Assembly: GCA_943356745.1 (NCBI GenBank) | Contig: CALRFT010000001.1 | Location: 11,946-75,945 of the forward strand | Origin: Parcubacteria group bacterium | Lineage (GTDB): Bacteria; Patescibacteriota; Minisyncoccia; Phycocordibacterales; CSBR16-119 | DNA length: 64,000 bases | Reading direction: 5' to 3' | Notes under the pieces: model-generated | Database searches by the model: none | The model's input: only the letters and a program-made list of their open reading frames with translations | What the model was told of the DNA's origin: nothing | Program-made: the position numbers and the translations under genes | Part shown: piece after piece, positions 1 through 8,995 of the stretch | Position numbering within the stretch: the first letter of the stretch is position 1 | How the letters are laid out: each line of letters starts with the position of its first letter

Positions 1-269
1 AATCCACCACAAAGACCTTTGTTTGATGCGTAGACAACAACAAGATTTTTTTCTCCTTTTCCTGTTTCAAGAAGTGGATGAGAAATGTCACGCTCAAGCG
101 AAAGGTTCGCTAAAAGCTGAAGTGCTTTTACCGCATACTCTTTTGAAGCCGTTGCCCTGTTAATCATTTTCTTCATCTTGGAAACAGAAACCATTTCCAT
201 AGTTTTTGTAATTTTCTTGATATTGGATACGGTTCGAATTTTTAATTTTATCTCTTTTCCCGTTGCCAT
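1..269 (-). CDS. atpG: ATP synthase F1 gamma subunit (N-terminal part, truncated by window edge)
   Basis: Manual translation from ATG at 269: MATGKEIKLKIRTVSNIKKITKTMEMVSVSKMKK, the typical gamma N-terminus; follows atpA. Confidence 0.95.
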   Translation of the reverse strand, partial: MATGKEIKLKIRTVSNIKKITKTMEMVSVSKMKKMINRATASKEYAVKALQLLANLSLERDISHPLLETGKGEKNLVVVYASNKGLCGG

Positions 270-272
270 ATA

Positions 273-1769
273 TTATTGACTATTTTTTTTGAAAACCTCG
301 AGAGCTGCAATGAGCCTGTCTTTCAGTTCATCATTCCAATCTTTTTTGAACGAATCCAAAAGATTAGTATCATGATTTTTAATAAACTCAATCATTGCTT
401 TCTCTGTTTCCTTTATTTTTTTAAGTTCAACATGGTCAAGATACCCTGCGTTTACAGCAAAGATAATAGCAACCTGTTCTTCTACAGGAATTGGATTAAA
501 TTCTGTTTGTTTCAAAATTTCCGTTACACGTTTCCCTCTTTCAATTACTCGTTTTGTATCAGAATCAAGATCTGAGTCAAATTGTGAAAATGCTTCAAGT
601 TCTCGATATTGTGCTTGGGAAAGCTTGAGTGTCCCAGCATTTTTTTTCATTGATTTTATTTGCGCAGATGTTCCAACACGAGACACTGAAAGTCCTACGT
701 TAACAGCAGGTCGAATACCCTTGTTAAACAAGGTTGTTTCAAGAAAGATTTGCCCGTCTGTAATAGAAATTACGTTTGTTGGAATATACCCAGATACATC
801 ACCTCCTTGTGTTTCGATAATAGGAAGAGCTGTGATTGAACCTCCACCATGTTCTTTATTTCTTCGACACGCACGTTCAAGAAGTCGTGAATGAAGATAA
901 AACACATCCCCTGGATACGCTTCTCGCCCTGGCGGTCTTCGAAGAAGAAGTGAGATTTCTCGATACGCAACAGCATGCTTTGAAAGATCGTCGTAGATTA
1001 CCAAAACGTCTTTTCCTTGATCCATGAAATATTCTGCGATTGAAACTCCAACATACGGTGCTAAGTATAGAAGTGCCGCACTGTCTCCCGCAGAAGCTGA
1101 AACAACGGTTGTATATTTCATCGCTCCTCGTGATTCCAAAATTCCTACAATTCGAGCAATCTTTGATTGTTTTTGACCAATAGCAACATACACACAAATC
1201 ATGTCTTGATCGTGTTGGTTCAAAATAGTATCAATTGCAATCGCTGTTTTCCCTGTTTGTCGATCACCAATAATAAGCTCTCTTTGTCCTCGCCCAACCG
1301 GAATCATCGCATCGATCGCCAAAATTCCTGTTTGAACAGGTTGACTCACTGGTTCTCGACTCATAACACCTGGTGCAATTTTTTCAACGAGAACCTTTTT
1401 TGTTTTTGTGAGTTCAGCTTTTCCATCAATTGGCTTTGCAAGGCCATCTACAATTCTCCCGATAATATCATCAGACACTTCGATTGAAAGAATTTCGTTA
1501 GTTCTTTTTACAATTTCTCCTTCTCGAATTGTTTTTGAATCACCAAGAATAATAGCTCCTACCGTATCTTCCTCTAGGTTAAGCGCCAAACCTTGTGCGC
1601 CGTTTTCAAACATCAAAATTTCAGATGATTGAACACCTCGAAGACCTCCGATTTTTGCAATACCATCAGATACAGAAACAACTGTTCCAACTTCATGAGT
1701 TCCTACAGTTTGTTCATATTCTCCGATCTTCTTTTTTAATTTATCAATAACTCCTTCTATTTTACTCAT
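273..1769 (-). CDS. atpA: ATP synthase F1 alpha subunit
   Basis: GDRQTGKT Walker A, PPGREAYPGDVFYLHSRLLER motif. Confidence 0.99.
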   Translation of the reverse strand: MSKIEGVIDKLKKKIGEYEQTVGTHEVGTVVSVSDGIAKIGGLRGVQSSEILMFENGAQGLALNLEEDTVGAIILGDSKTIREGEIVKRTNEILSIEVSDDIIGRIVDGLAKPIDGKAELTKTKKVLVEKIAPGVMSREPVSQPVQTGILAIDAMIPVGRGQRELIIGDRQTGKTAIAIDTILNQHDQDMICVYVAIGQKQSKIARIVGILESRGAMKYTTVVSASAGDSAALLYLAPYVGVSIAEYFMDQGKDVLVIYDDLSKHAVAYREISLLLRRPPGREAYPGDVFYLHSRLLERACRRNKEHGGGSITALPIIETQGGDVSGYIPTNVISITDGQIFLETTLFNKGIRPAVNVGLSVSRVGTSAQIKSMKKNAGTLKLSQAQYRELEAFSQFDSDLDSDTKRVIERGKRVTEILKQTEFNPIPVEEQVAIIFAVNAGYLDHVELKKIKETEKAMIEFIKNHDTNLLDSFKKDWNDELKDRLIAALEVFKKNSQ

Positions 1770-1783
1770 ATATGTTACTGTGA

Positions 1784-2173
1784 TTATTTAGTTAATCTAC
1801 TTTTTAGTACTTGTAAGTTGTATGCGATACTTGCATCTGTTACGACACCTTGGTGTGTTGCCTTAAATCCACCAATCAGTTTCGGGTTAACTTTAGTTTG
1901 AACCGAAACTTTTGAAGATACCTTAATAAAAGCTTTGATTTTTTCAACCATTTCTTCATTAAGTGGAAACGCTGTGTCTATGAAAAGAGTATTAAAATCA
2001 TTCTCCTTTTGTATATAGGACTCAAGATATCGAACAACTGTTTCAAGTTGTGCTAGAAGATTATTTTCTTCCAAGTAACTAACAAAAGCCTCAAATACCG
2101 AACCAATTTTTTTTGATTCAGTTTGTTTGAGTAATATAAAAAATGCTTCTGCTAATTCTTGTGAACGTATCAT
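1784..2173 (-). CDS. atpH: ATP synthase F1 delta subunit (short form)
   Basis: C-terminal VNPKLIGGF...DASI motif; position between atpF and atpA. Confidence 0.9.
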   Translation of the reverse strand: MIRSQELAEAFFILLKQTESKKIGSVFEAFVSYLEENNLLAQLETVVRYLESYIQKENDFNTLFIDTAFPLNEEMVEKIKAFIKVSSKVSVQTKVNPKLIGGFKATHQGVVTDASIAYNLQVLKSRLTK

Positions 2174-2176
2174 AGA

Positions 2177-2668
2177 TTATTTGAGTATTGATTTAATGTA
2201 TTTTTCATTAACACCTTGTGTCATATTTTCTTTGAGAACTTTTTCAACTCCTGACAAAACAAGAGTAGCTGCTTTCTCTGTAAGATCTTCGTCAGCTTTT
2301 TTAAGAATCATATCAGCCTCATGAAGTGCGTGTTGGCGGATTTTCGCCGCTTCTTTATCTGCTTCTTCAGATGCATGAGCTACAATTTTATTTCGCTCTT
2401 CTTTTGCATTCCCAATGATTTCTTGAGAATTTTGATATGCTTCTTTGATAAGTTCTTCTTTTCTTTGCGATGCATCAAGAAGTGACTGTTTTGCTTTTTC
2501 AGCATCATCCAATCCTTGCTTAATTCTTTCTTGTCGCTCTTTTATAGCGTTACCGAGTTTTTTGAATACAACATTACGAAGTAAGTAGTAGATAACAAGA
2601 AAATTCACCAAGTTTGCCAAGGCGACTTTCCAATCAAATCCAAGTTTTCCCAATACTTCTTCGATCAT
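2177..2668 (-). CDS. atpF: ATP synthase F0 subunit b
   Basis: N-terminal TM helix (NLVNFLVIYYLL) followed by long charged coiled coil; operon position. Confidence 0.95.
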   Translation of the reverse strand: MIEEVLGKLGFDWKVALANLVNFLVIYYLLRNVVFKKLGNAIKERQERIKQGLDDAEKAKQSLLDASQRKEELIKEAYQNSQEIIGNAKEERNKIVAHASEEADKEAAKIRQHALHEADMILKKADEDLTEKAATLVLSGVEKVLKENMTQGVNEKYIKSILK

Positions 2669-2690
2669 AAAAATGTTTAGATACTAAAAA

Positions 2691-2897
2691 CTAGATAATA
2701 AAGAATGCAACAAGCGCGTAAATCGCTGTTGATTCACAAATCGCCATCGCAACGATCATCTTTGGAAAGATTGAATCTCCCGCTTCAGGATTTCGTCCAA
2801 TAGCTTCCATAGCCTTTGCTGCAACCCAAGCTTCAGCTGGAGCCGTTGCAACCATCGAAAGAATAATAAGTGCTTTTGCAATATATTGTGTTTCCAT
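2691..2897 (-). CDS. atpE: ATP synthase F0 subunit c
   Basis: Two hydrophobic helices, RNPEA loop, ESTAIY ion-binding segment. Confidence 0.97.
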   Translation of the reverse strand: METQYIAKALIILSMVATAPAEAWVAAKAMEAIGRNPEAGDSIFPKMIVAMAICESTAIYALVAFFII

Positions 2898-2954
2898 ACT
2901 TTGTGTATATATTTCGCTTATGCGAATATTAAATTAATAAAACTTATAAATAAA

Positions 2955-3752
2955 TTATTTTTTCTCACCGGGTTCTGGACCGGCAGCTTGCATGTAAAAT
3001 ACTGTAATGAGTGAACCGAACACGATTGTTTGAACAAGGGCACCAAGCATACCAAATGCGACCCAAAATGATGGTAAGAGAAAGGCGAAAATACCTATCA
3101 ATACCGTTGTGAGAACATCTCCTGCGTACATGTTTCCAAAGAGACGAAGAGATACTGAAACTGCTTTTGCAAATTCCCCCACAATATCAAGACAAGCAAT
3201 GAGAATTGTAACGAACATATAAATTGGAGCGAGTCCACCTTTTTTCATATCTTCACCAAGTTGTTTAATTGGAATGAATTTATTGATATGACCCCATAAG
3301 CCGAAATCTTTTATCGACACAAGGTGAAGTACTACAATCGCTCCAAACGCAAGTCCAAGTGTGGTATTGAAATCACTTGTAGCGATTCGGAAGAGTGACT
3401 TACCATCAAAAGTAATACTTCCAAGACCCGGGACCAATCCAAAATAGTTTGAAATACCAACAAAGATAAAAATTGAACCGATAATGGGGAGTACTCTTTT
3501 TGTGTGATAGGAACTTGCAGTGATGGTATTGATTTGCCTTTCCACTGCTTCGTATACTATCTCAAAAAATGCTTGACCCTTTCCTGGAATTAAACTTTTC
3601 TTACGAAGTGCAACCACGACAAAAACAATAAGAAGAATTGTTACAAGAACCATGAATAAAGTTGAGTTTGTGATAGGAAAACCACCAATCTCAAAAATAG
3701 TAGAAGGTCCAATACTTGATATATCTCTTTTAAAACTTAAAAATTCTTGCAT
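2955..3752 (-). CDS. atpB: ATP synthase F0 subunit a
   Basis: SLRLFGNMYAG with the essential Arg; multi-pass membrane protein. Confidence 0.97.
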   Translation of the reverse strand: MQEFLSFKRDISSIGPSTIFEIGGFPITNSTLFMVLVTILLIVFVVVALRKKSLIPGKGQAFFEIVYEAVERQINTITASSYHTKRVLPIIGSIFIFVGISNYFGLVPGLGSITFDGKSLFRIATSDFNTTLGLAFGAIVVLHLVSIKDFGLWGHINKFIPIKQLGEDMKKGGLAPIYMFVTILIACLDIVGEFAKAVSVSLRLFGNMYAGDVLTTVLIGIFAFLLPSFWVAFGMLGALVQTIVFGSLITVFYMQAAGPEPGEKK

Positions 3753-3757
3753 ATAGA

Positions 3758-4045
3758 TTATGAAGGACTTTGTTCTTGTTTCATTTTCTCTCGGATAGCT
3801 TTATATTCTTTTGAGAGTTTTGTATTTCTTTTAAGGACAATAAACCAAGAAGAAGAGAATGCAATAAACAAAAGTACAATCATTATTGTTTTTCCTGTCC
3901 CAAAATGAGCGTCGAGTGCCTGTCCACCAAAAAGAGCTGCAAATGCAGGTGCAGCAAACAAAGGAATATTAACCAAAGAATTTTTAAAAAGCTTGGTTGT
4001 CATGTTGTTATACTCTTTTTGAGTTTCTGGGTGATATGATTGCAT
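3758..4045 (-). CDS. AtpI/AtpZ-like two-TM accessory protein
   Basis: Two TM helices with GxxLDxxFGT loop; first gene of atp operon. Confidence 0.75.
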   Translation of the reverse strand: MQSYHPETQKEYNNMTTKLFKNSLVNIPLFAAPAFAALFGGQALDAHFGTGKTIMIVLLFIAFSSSWFIVLKRNTKLSKEYKAIREKMKQEQSPS

Positions 4046-4237
4046 ATAATTTAAGAGATAAAACTAGAAGTTTTACTCACATATTATATTCAGATTACAT
4101 TTCAGTACTACTTGACCTTTAGATATAAGTGTTTCAAATTGAAAATTAACAGTACTACAGCTATCTTTCTTTTAGAAAAGTACTTTAATTTCCCAGGTAA
4201 ATAAATTAAAGTTCTTTAAAAAACCAAAACCAAAATT

Positions 4238-4839
4238 ATGAATTACACCCTAAATCCTTTATCCTTATGGGATAATTTTTTTTGTATTGGAAAAAGAATA
4301 ATCTTCTACCTAAGTTGATTACTCTCAATCTATTTTCTTTTGTTGTTTTTGCAACAGTTGAAAATACCCTGTTTCGCTACGTTGCCGATATGACCTTTCA
4401 TGAGTCAATGAAAGCACGTGGAATTGCTACAGTTTTTAATACCTTAATTGGAATCGCTTGGCCTCAAATTGAATTATTTTTTGAGTCAAAATTTTCAAAA
4501 CACCCTATTAGATTTTTAAGGGATAAATGGGAGGAATTCTCACTTTTATGTGTAAAAGTTATAGTGAATATATGCACGTATGCTTTATCCGGACATTATG
4601 GTTTCAATCTGAAGCTCGGAATTAAAGTTGGCGTTATTGTGTTCATTTCCTTTTACTGCGCAGATTTTCTCAAGTACAAACTTACCCCCTTTGTTGATAC
4701 TCAAATTAACAAGGTTGTTTTAGTTTTAACTAAAAAGAAAACTAATCCATTGCAACACAATCAGGAACTGACATTTTCTGATATTGTTTTAGTGGAAGAA
4801 AGCCAAGAAGAAGATTTGATTTTGGAAGAAAGTATTTAA
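4238..4839 (+). CDS. Hypothetical membrane protein, possibly frameshifted at a T8 run (uninterrupted ORF 4282-4839)
   Basis: 185-aa hydrophobic ORF starting at TTG inside a T8 tract; a better ATG with A-rich leader at 4238 is one base out of frame; own terminator downstream. Confidence 0.6.
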
Positions 4840-4845
4840 ACATTT

Positions 4846-4877
4846 AAAGTCACAGTCTTTTTGACTGTGACTTTTTT
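4846..4877 (+). terminator. Intrinsic terminator
   Basis: AAAGTCACAGTC-TTTTT-GACTGTGACTTT followed by T run. Confidence 0.8.
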
Positions 4878-4930
4878 ACTATTGATATTATTTATTATGG
4901 GTGCTATAATCCTTTTCGTTGTTTACATAT

Positions 4931-5006
4931 GCGCGCGTAGCTCAGCTGGTAGAGCATTCGACTGATACTCGAAAGGTCCCAGGTTCGATCCCTGGCGCGC
5001 GCACCA
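4931..5006 (+). tRNA. tRNA-Ile(GAT)
   Basis: Cloverleaf: GCGCGCG acceptor stem, TTCGA-CTGATAC-TCGAA anticodon arm, GGTTCGATCC T arm, encoded CCA; TATAAT promoter upstream. Confidence 0.95.
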
Positions 5007-5041
5007 AAGAAAAACCACCTTTTAAAAGGTGGTTTTTCTTT
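5007..5041 (+). terminator. Terminator of tRNA-Ile
   Basis: Palindrome AAGAAAAACCACCTTTTAAAAGGTGGTTTTTCTT. Confidence 0.85.
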
Positions 5042-5062
5042 GTGTTAACTTTTTATAACATA

Positions 5063-5091
5063 AAACCACCTGCTTTTATTGCAAGTGGTTT
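5063..5091 (-). terminator. Terminator for the minus-strand transcript (prfA / ncRNA)
   Basis: AAACCACTTGC-loop-GCAGGTGGTTT on minus strand; the G-U pair only forms on this strand. Confidence 0.65.
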
Positions 5092-5099
5092 ATTTTGAC

Positions 5100-5222
5100 C
5101 TCAACAAGGAATCAGTCAGGGATGGTGCTTCACCCCAAGATAACGGCCCTCCTTATACATTTAAGTGAGACATATTGAAGAGATATTTTAATTTTGAGCC
5201 ATCCCTCCACGGCTTGGTTAAG
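5100..5222 (-). ncRNA. Candidate structured RNA (long irregular rod, 6S-like)
   Basis: Ends pair; perfect AGGGATGG/CCATCCCT helix; A/U-rich central bubble; no convincing ORF. Confidence 0.45.
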
Positions 5223-5238
5223 AAAAACTTTTTCTTTA

Positions 5239-6234
5239 TTATACCTCAGAATTTTCATTTTCAAAAAAGGTGTGAACAGCGTCAATTATTTCTGAAATAT
5301 CACCACTCATAACTTTAGGAAGATTTGACCAAGATTCTTTGATTCTGTGATCTGTGAGACGATCTTGCGGAAAATTATATGTTTTGATTTTCTCAGAACG
5401 ATCCATGTTTCCAATTTGAGACGATCGACTGTCTGAATATTTTTTTGCTTCTTCTTCATCTTTCATTTGCTGAAGTTTTGAACGAAGAAGTTCGAGTACA
5501 CGCTCTTTGTTTGCAAGCTGACTTCTTTCTACTGTTGAACGAAAATCAATTCCTGTTGGTTTGTGAATAACCCGCACAGCAGATTCAACCTTGTTTACGT
5601 TTTGCCCTCCTGCGCCTCCAGCACGAGATGTTTCAAATTCCAAATCAGCATCATTCAAAACAATGGTAGTTTTTTTGAAGATTGGCATGATTGCAACAGA
5701 AGCTGTTGAAGTATGAATTCTCCCTTGTTTTTCAGTCGCTGGAATTCTTTGCACACGATGAACTCCAGTTTCAAATCGCAGTGTTTTATATACTCCAACT
5801 CCTTTTATTTCAATCGAAGCATATTTATATCCACCAACATCGTTAATTGATTCATCAACAATTCGCCATTGCCAACCTTTTGATTCTGCGTATCGTTCGT
5901 ACATTTCAGCGAGTTCATGAGCAAAAAGCGCAGCTTCGTCTCCACCAGCCCCAGCTCGTACTTCAAGAACGATCTCATTAGGAAATTGCTCTTCTTCTTT
6001 TTGGGCTTTCAAAATTGATTCAAGTTGAGAAGTATACGCTTCAAGTTGCACTCGAATATTTTCAATCTCATCTTGTGCCATCACTTTCATTGATTCATCA
6101 GAAGCAATAAGTTCAAGGGTATCATCATATTGACCTTTCAGTTTTTTGATTTCACCAGCAACAAAAGCTGTTTGGTGATTTCCAAGCAGTTCTTCAAAAT
6201 TATATTGTTCAATTTTTGATAGTAGTTCTTCCAT
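5239..6234 (-). CDS. prfA: Peptide chain release factor 1
   Basis: GGQ motif, PAT tripeptide, HRVQRIP..GRIHTS. Confidence 0.96.
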   Translation of the reverse strand: MEELLSKIEQYNFEELLGNHQTAFVAGEIKKLKGQYDDTLELIASDESMKVMAQDEIENIRVQLEAYTSQLESILKAQKEEEQFPNEIVLEVRAGAGGDEAALFAHELAEMYERYAESKGWQWRIVDESINDVGGYKYASIEIKGVGVYKTLRFETGVHRVQRIPATEKQGRIHTSTASVAIMPIFKKTTIVLNDADLEFETSRAGGAGGQNVNKVESAVRVIHKPTGIDFRSTVERSQLANKERVLELLRSKLQQMKDEEEAKKYSDSRSSQIGNMDRSEKIKTYNFPQDRLTDHRIKESWSNLPKVMSGDISEIIDAVHTFFENENSEV

Positions 6235-6252
6235 ATAGTTCTATTGTATCAG

Positions 6253-6283
6253 AACAAAGAGCGCTCGAAAGCGCTCTTTGTTT
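6253..6283 (-). terminator. Terminator after rpmE2
   Basis: ACAAAGAGCGCT-CGAA-AGCGCTCTTTGT hairpin. Confidence 0.8.
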
Positions 6284-6291
6284 GTGATACT

Positions 6292-6546
6292 TTATTTTTT
6301 CTTTGCTGCTTGCGCTCGCTTTTTGAATTTGTCTACTCGTCCAGCTGTATCGAGTACTGTTTCTTTTCCTGTGTAGAATGGATGTGTATCACTTGAAATT
6401 TCTACTCGGTAAAGATCGTATTCTTTTCCTTCAAATGTTCCTTTTTCATCAGTATGTACTGTTGAAGAAATAAGAAACTGCGCTCCTGATTGAGCGTCTT
6501 GGAAAATTACTGATCGGTAGTTTTTTGGATGTATTCCTGATTTCAT
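6292..6546 (-). CDS. rpmE2: 50S ribosomal protein L31 type B
   Basis: [10 protein letters not shown]...[12 protein letters not shown]...GRVDKF; no Zn cysteines; start taken at ATG 6546. Confidence 0.95.
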   Translation of the reverse strand: MKSGIHPKNYRSVIFQDAQSGAQFLISSTVHTDEKGTFEGKEYDLYRVEISSDTHPFYTGKETVLDTAGRVDKFKKRAQAAKKK

Positions 6547-6604
6547 ACTTGGATAATTTACCACATGCCCGTGATTTTTGCAAGATTTGTGTTAATATAC
6601 AGCC

Positions 6605-7363
6605 ATGGACCCAAAAAAGCAAGAAAAACAATGGCTTTTAAATGAAAAATATCAAGGAATTGAAAGTCCTGAGTTTTTTGAGGATTTTAAAAAACTGGAA
6701 TCTGGAACACCTCTTGCTTACCTTATTGGAAACATACCCTTTCTTGAAATCACTGTCGATTTAGAATATAAACCTCTTATACCAAGACCAGAAACTGAGT
6801 TTTGGGTAAATTACTGTACTCAGAAATATATTCCCCTAGAGGCAAATATTTCCATTCTAGACATATATTCTGGTTCTGGATGTATCGGACTTGGAATCGC
6901 AAAAAAAAGACCAAACACAAAAATTCTTTGTAGCGATATTAAAAAAGAAAACATAGTTCAAATACAGAAAAATATCGTTCTCAATGGAATTTCAGAAAAG
7001 CAGGTTTCAGTTATTCAGTCTGATATATTTAAAAATATCTCAATGCAAAAATTTGATATCATTTTTGCAAATCCTCCGTATATCTCAGAACAAAGAAAAG
7101 ACACCGTTGATGATTCTGTTTTACTCTATGAAGACCACCACGCTCTTTTTGCAGAAGATGATGGATTATTTCATATTAAAAATCTGATTGAAAAAATTCC
7201 ATTTTTCTTGAAAGATAATGGGTATATGTTTATAGAATTTGATCCATGGCAAAAAAAATTAATTGAATCTTACATACAAGAAAAGGAAATATGTTTTGAA
7301 TTTTTACAGGATCAATATCAAAAAAATCGTGTACTTATAATTCAAAATAAAAAACTCGCATAA
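6605..7363 (+). CDS. prmC: Release factor glutamine methyltransferase (HemK)
   Basis: LIPRPETE, DIYSGSGCIG, NPPY motifs; adjacent to prfA. Confidence 0.93.
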   Translation: MDPKKQEKQWLLNEKYQGIESPEFFEDFKKLESGTPLAYLIGNIPFLEITVDLEYKPLIPRPETEFWVNYCTQKYIPLEANISILDIYSGSGCIGLGIAKKRPNTKILCSDIKKENIVQIQKNIVLNGISEKQVSVIQSDIFKNISMQKFDIIFANPPYISEQRKDTVDDSVLLYEDHHALFAEDDGLFHIKNLIEKIPFFLKDNGYMFIEFDPWQKKLIESYIQEKEICFEFLQDQYQKNRVLIIQNKKLA

Positions 7364-7378
7364 GCGAGTTTTTTATTT
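7345..7378. terminator. Bidirectional terminator overlapping the prmC stop
   Basis: AAATAAAAAACTCGC-ATAA-GCGAGTTTTTTATTT between convergent genes. Confidence 0.85.
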
Positions 7379-8751
7379 TAGTTTGCTGATTCAAGAAGAT
7401 CTATATCTGCTTGGATTTTTTCAGCGTGAGCCATTACTCCATTTCCATAGAATAAGTTTTTTACTTTTGGATCAGAACACCCTCTTCCTGAATAGTATTT
7501 ACATGCAGCCTCTCGTTCAGCTGTAAATGTTTGTGTTGCAGCACCGAGATCTTTTACATACAAAGCTGTTGCAAACACAGCATGTCGTGGATTCCAAGGA
7601 TTTGCAATACTTGCACCTGTCGCTGCTGCGATGCGATTTTCATATGATTCCCATGTTACTGGAATAAATTGAGAAGGACCCATTGCTCCTCCCCAACCCC
7701 CTGAAGCAAGCGGACAAGAAAGTGGTTGTCCATCCGGTGAAATTCCAAGTTTTTTGGTAATTCGAAGAAATGCGGCTTGATCATCTCGCCATGAACCGGA
7801 TGTTGGTCCAGGCATAATATCTTTCCATGTTCTTGCGTCACCTGGTCGATTACATGTTCCTACATTACTTCCAAGATTCGATTCTTGTTTCAAAATAGCA
7901 AGAATAAAAGCTGGTCGAACTCCTGTTTTAACTGAAGCTTCTTTTGCATATTCATATGCTTCACCGAAAGGAATAGCTTGTGCACCTCGAAGTTCAAAGA
8001 GTTTTGCTCTAATCTGCGAAGCTTTTGCTTTTCTATCTGCGATAACTTGCTCATATGCTTTCTCTTGAGATTTTGAAGCGTTGAGAAGTTTTTGTTGTTC
8101 TTGTTGACTTAATTCTACTTTTTTCTGTTCTGCTTCAATTTCTTTTTTCTTATCAATCTCTTCAACTCTTTTTACCTGAAGAACTTCTTTGATTTCTTCT
8201 TGTTCAGCTTTTTCAAGTTTAATATATTCCACTTCCCCTTTAATTTTTCCTTTTACTGTTGCAAGAAGATCAACACTTCCATAAAACTCAGAAATGGTGT
8301 CATCTGAAAGAAGTGAGTAGATGAATCCAGTTTGATCAAATTCATTTGTCTGACGAATAAGCTCACCGAGAGCTTCTCGCCTTTCAGACATTGTTGTTGT
8401 GAGTGTAACAATAGTTTTTTCTTTTTGAGTAATTTCACCGGAGATATTTTTTATCTCAAGATCACGAGCTTTAATTTTCGCCCTTGCTTTGTTAATCTCC
8501 GCACGAAGTGTTTCAACCTCTCTTTGAAGAGAAGCTGATTTATTTTTTTGCCCACTCAAAATTGCTTCTTGTTGTTTAATCTCAGCTTCAAGTTCAGCGA
8601 GCTCTCTTTCAAGAACAGCTCTTTCAGCGTCTGTCACTTGAGCATTTACCGACACTGGAAAAGAAATAGTTCCCAAAACAAAACCAAACAACATGAAAAC
8701 AACAAAAAATTTTGTAAATACTTTTTTAGTAGATTTAAGAATATCGCTCAT
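7378..8751 (-). CDS. Secreted coiled-coil lytic murein transglycosylase (CwlO-like stalk + MltB/SLT domain)
   Basis: Signal peptide, long coiled coil, ILKQES catalytic Glu, GAMGPSQFIP motif. Confidence 0.85.
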   Translation of the reverse strand: MSDILKSTKKVFTKFFVVFMLFGFVLGTISFPVSVNAQVTDAERAVLERELAELEAEIKQQEAILSGQKNKSASLQREVETLRAEINKARAKIKARDLEIKNISGEITQKEKTIVTLTTTMSERREALGELIRQTNEFDQTGFIYSLLSDDTISEFYGSVDLLATVKGKIKGEVEYIKLEKAEQEEIKEVLQVKRVEEIDKKKEIEAEQKKVELSQQEQQKLLNASKSQEKAYEQVIADRKAKASQIRAKLFELRGAQAIPFGEAYEYAKEASVKTGVRPAFILAILKQESNLGSNVGTCNRPGDARTWKDIMPGPTSGSWRDDQAAFLRITKKLGISPDGQPLSCPLASGGWGGAMGPSQFIPVTWESYENRIAAATGASIANPWNPRHAVFATALYVKDLGAATQTFTAEREAACKYYSGRGCSDPKVKNLFYGNGVMAHAEKIQADIDLLESAN

Positions 8752-8772
8752 GATTACTATTATATATCATTT

Positions 8773-8934
8773 TTAATTACCTTCTACAGAATAACTGTAC
8801 GCTGAAGCATATTTTTGTTCGGGATTTAAGGTTTTTCCAACAACAAAAACACCGAGTATAACAAAAACTATGAGTACAGTACTCATTATATTTTCAAGTG
8901 ATTTATGTCGTATATAGCTTCTGTATTCTTCCAT
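8773..8934 (-). CDS. Small single-TM protein (53 aa)
   Basis: Manual translation MEEYRSYIRHKSLENIMSTVLIVFVILGVFVVGK...; fills the intergenic gap. Confidence 0.6.
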   Translation of the reverse strand: MEEYRSYIRHKSLENIMSTVLIVFVILGVFVVGKTLNPEQKYASAYSYSVEGN

Positions 8935-8995
8935 ACATAGCTATAGACGCTTAAAAAACGAACTATTACAAACCTTACAGTTTAACGATAAAAAA

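Noticed and set aside
5239-6234. Alternative genetic code (TGA=Gly) or RF2-type frameshift
   Set aside because: Conserved genes translate intact in code 11, some ORFs end in TGA, and the release factor is RF1 (PAT) without a frameshift
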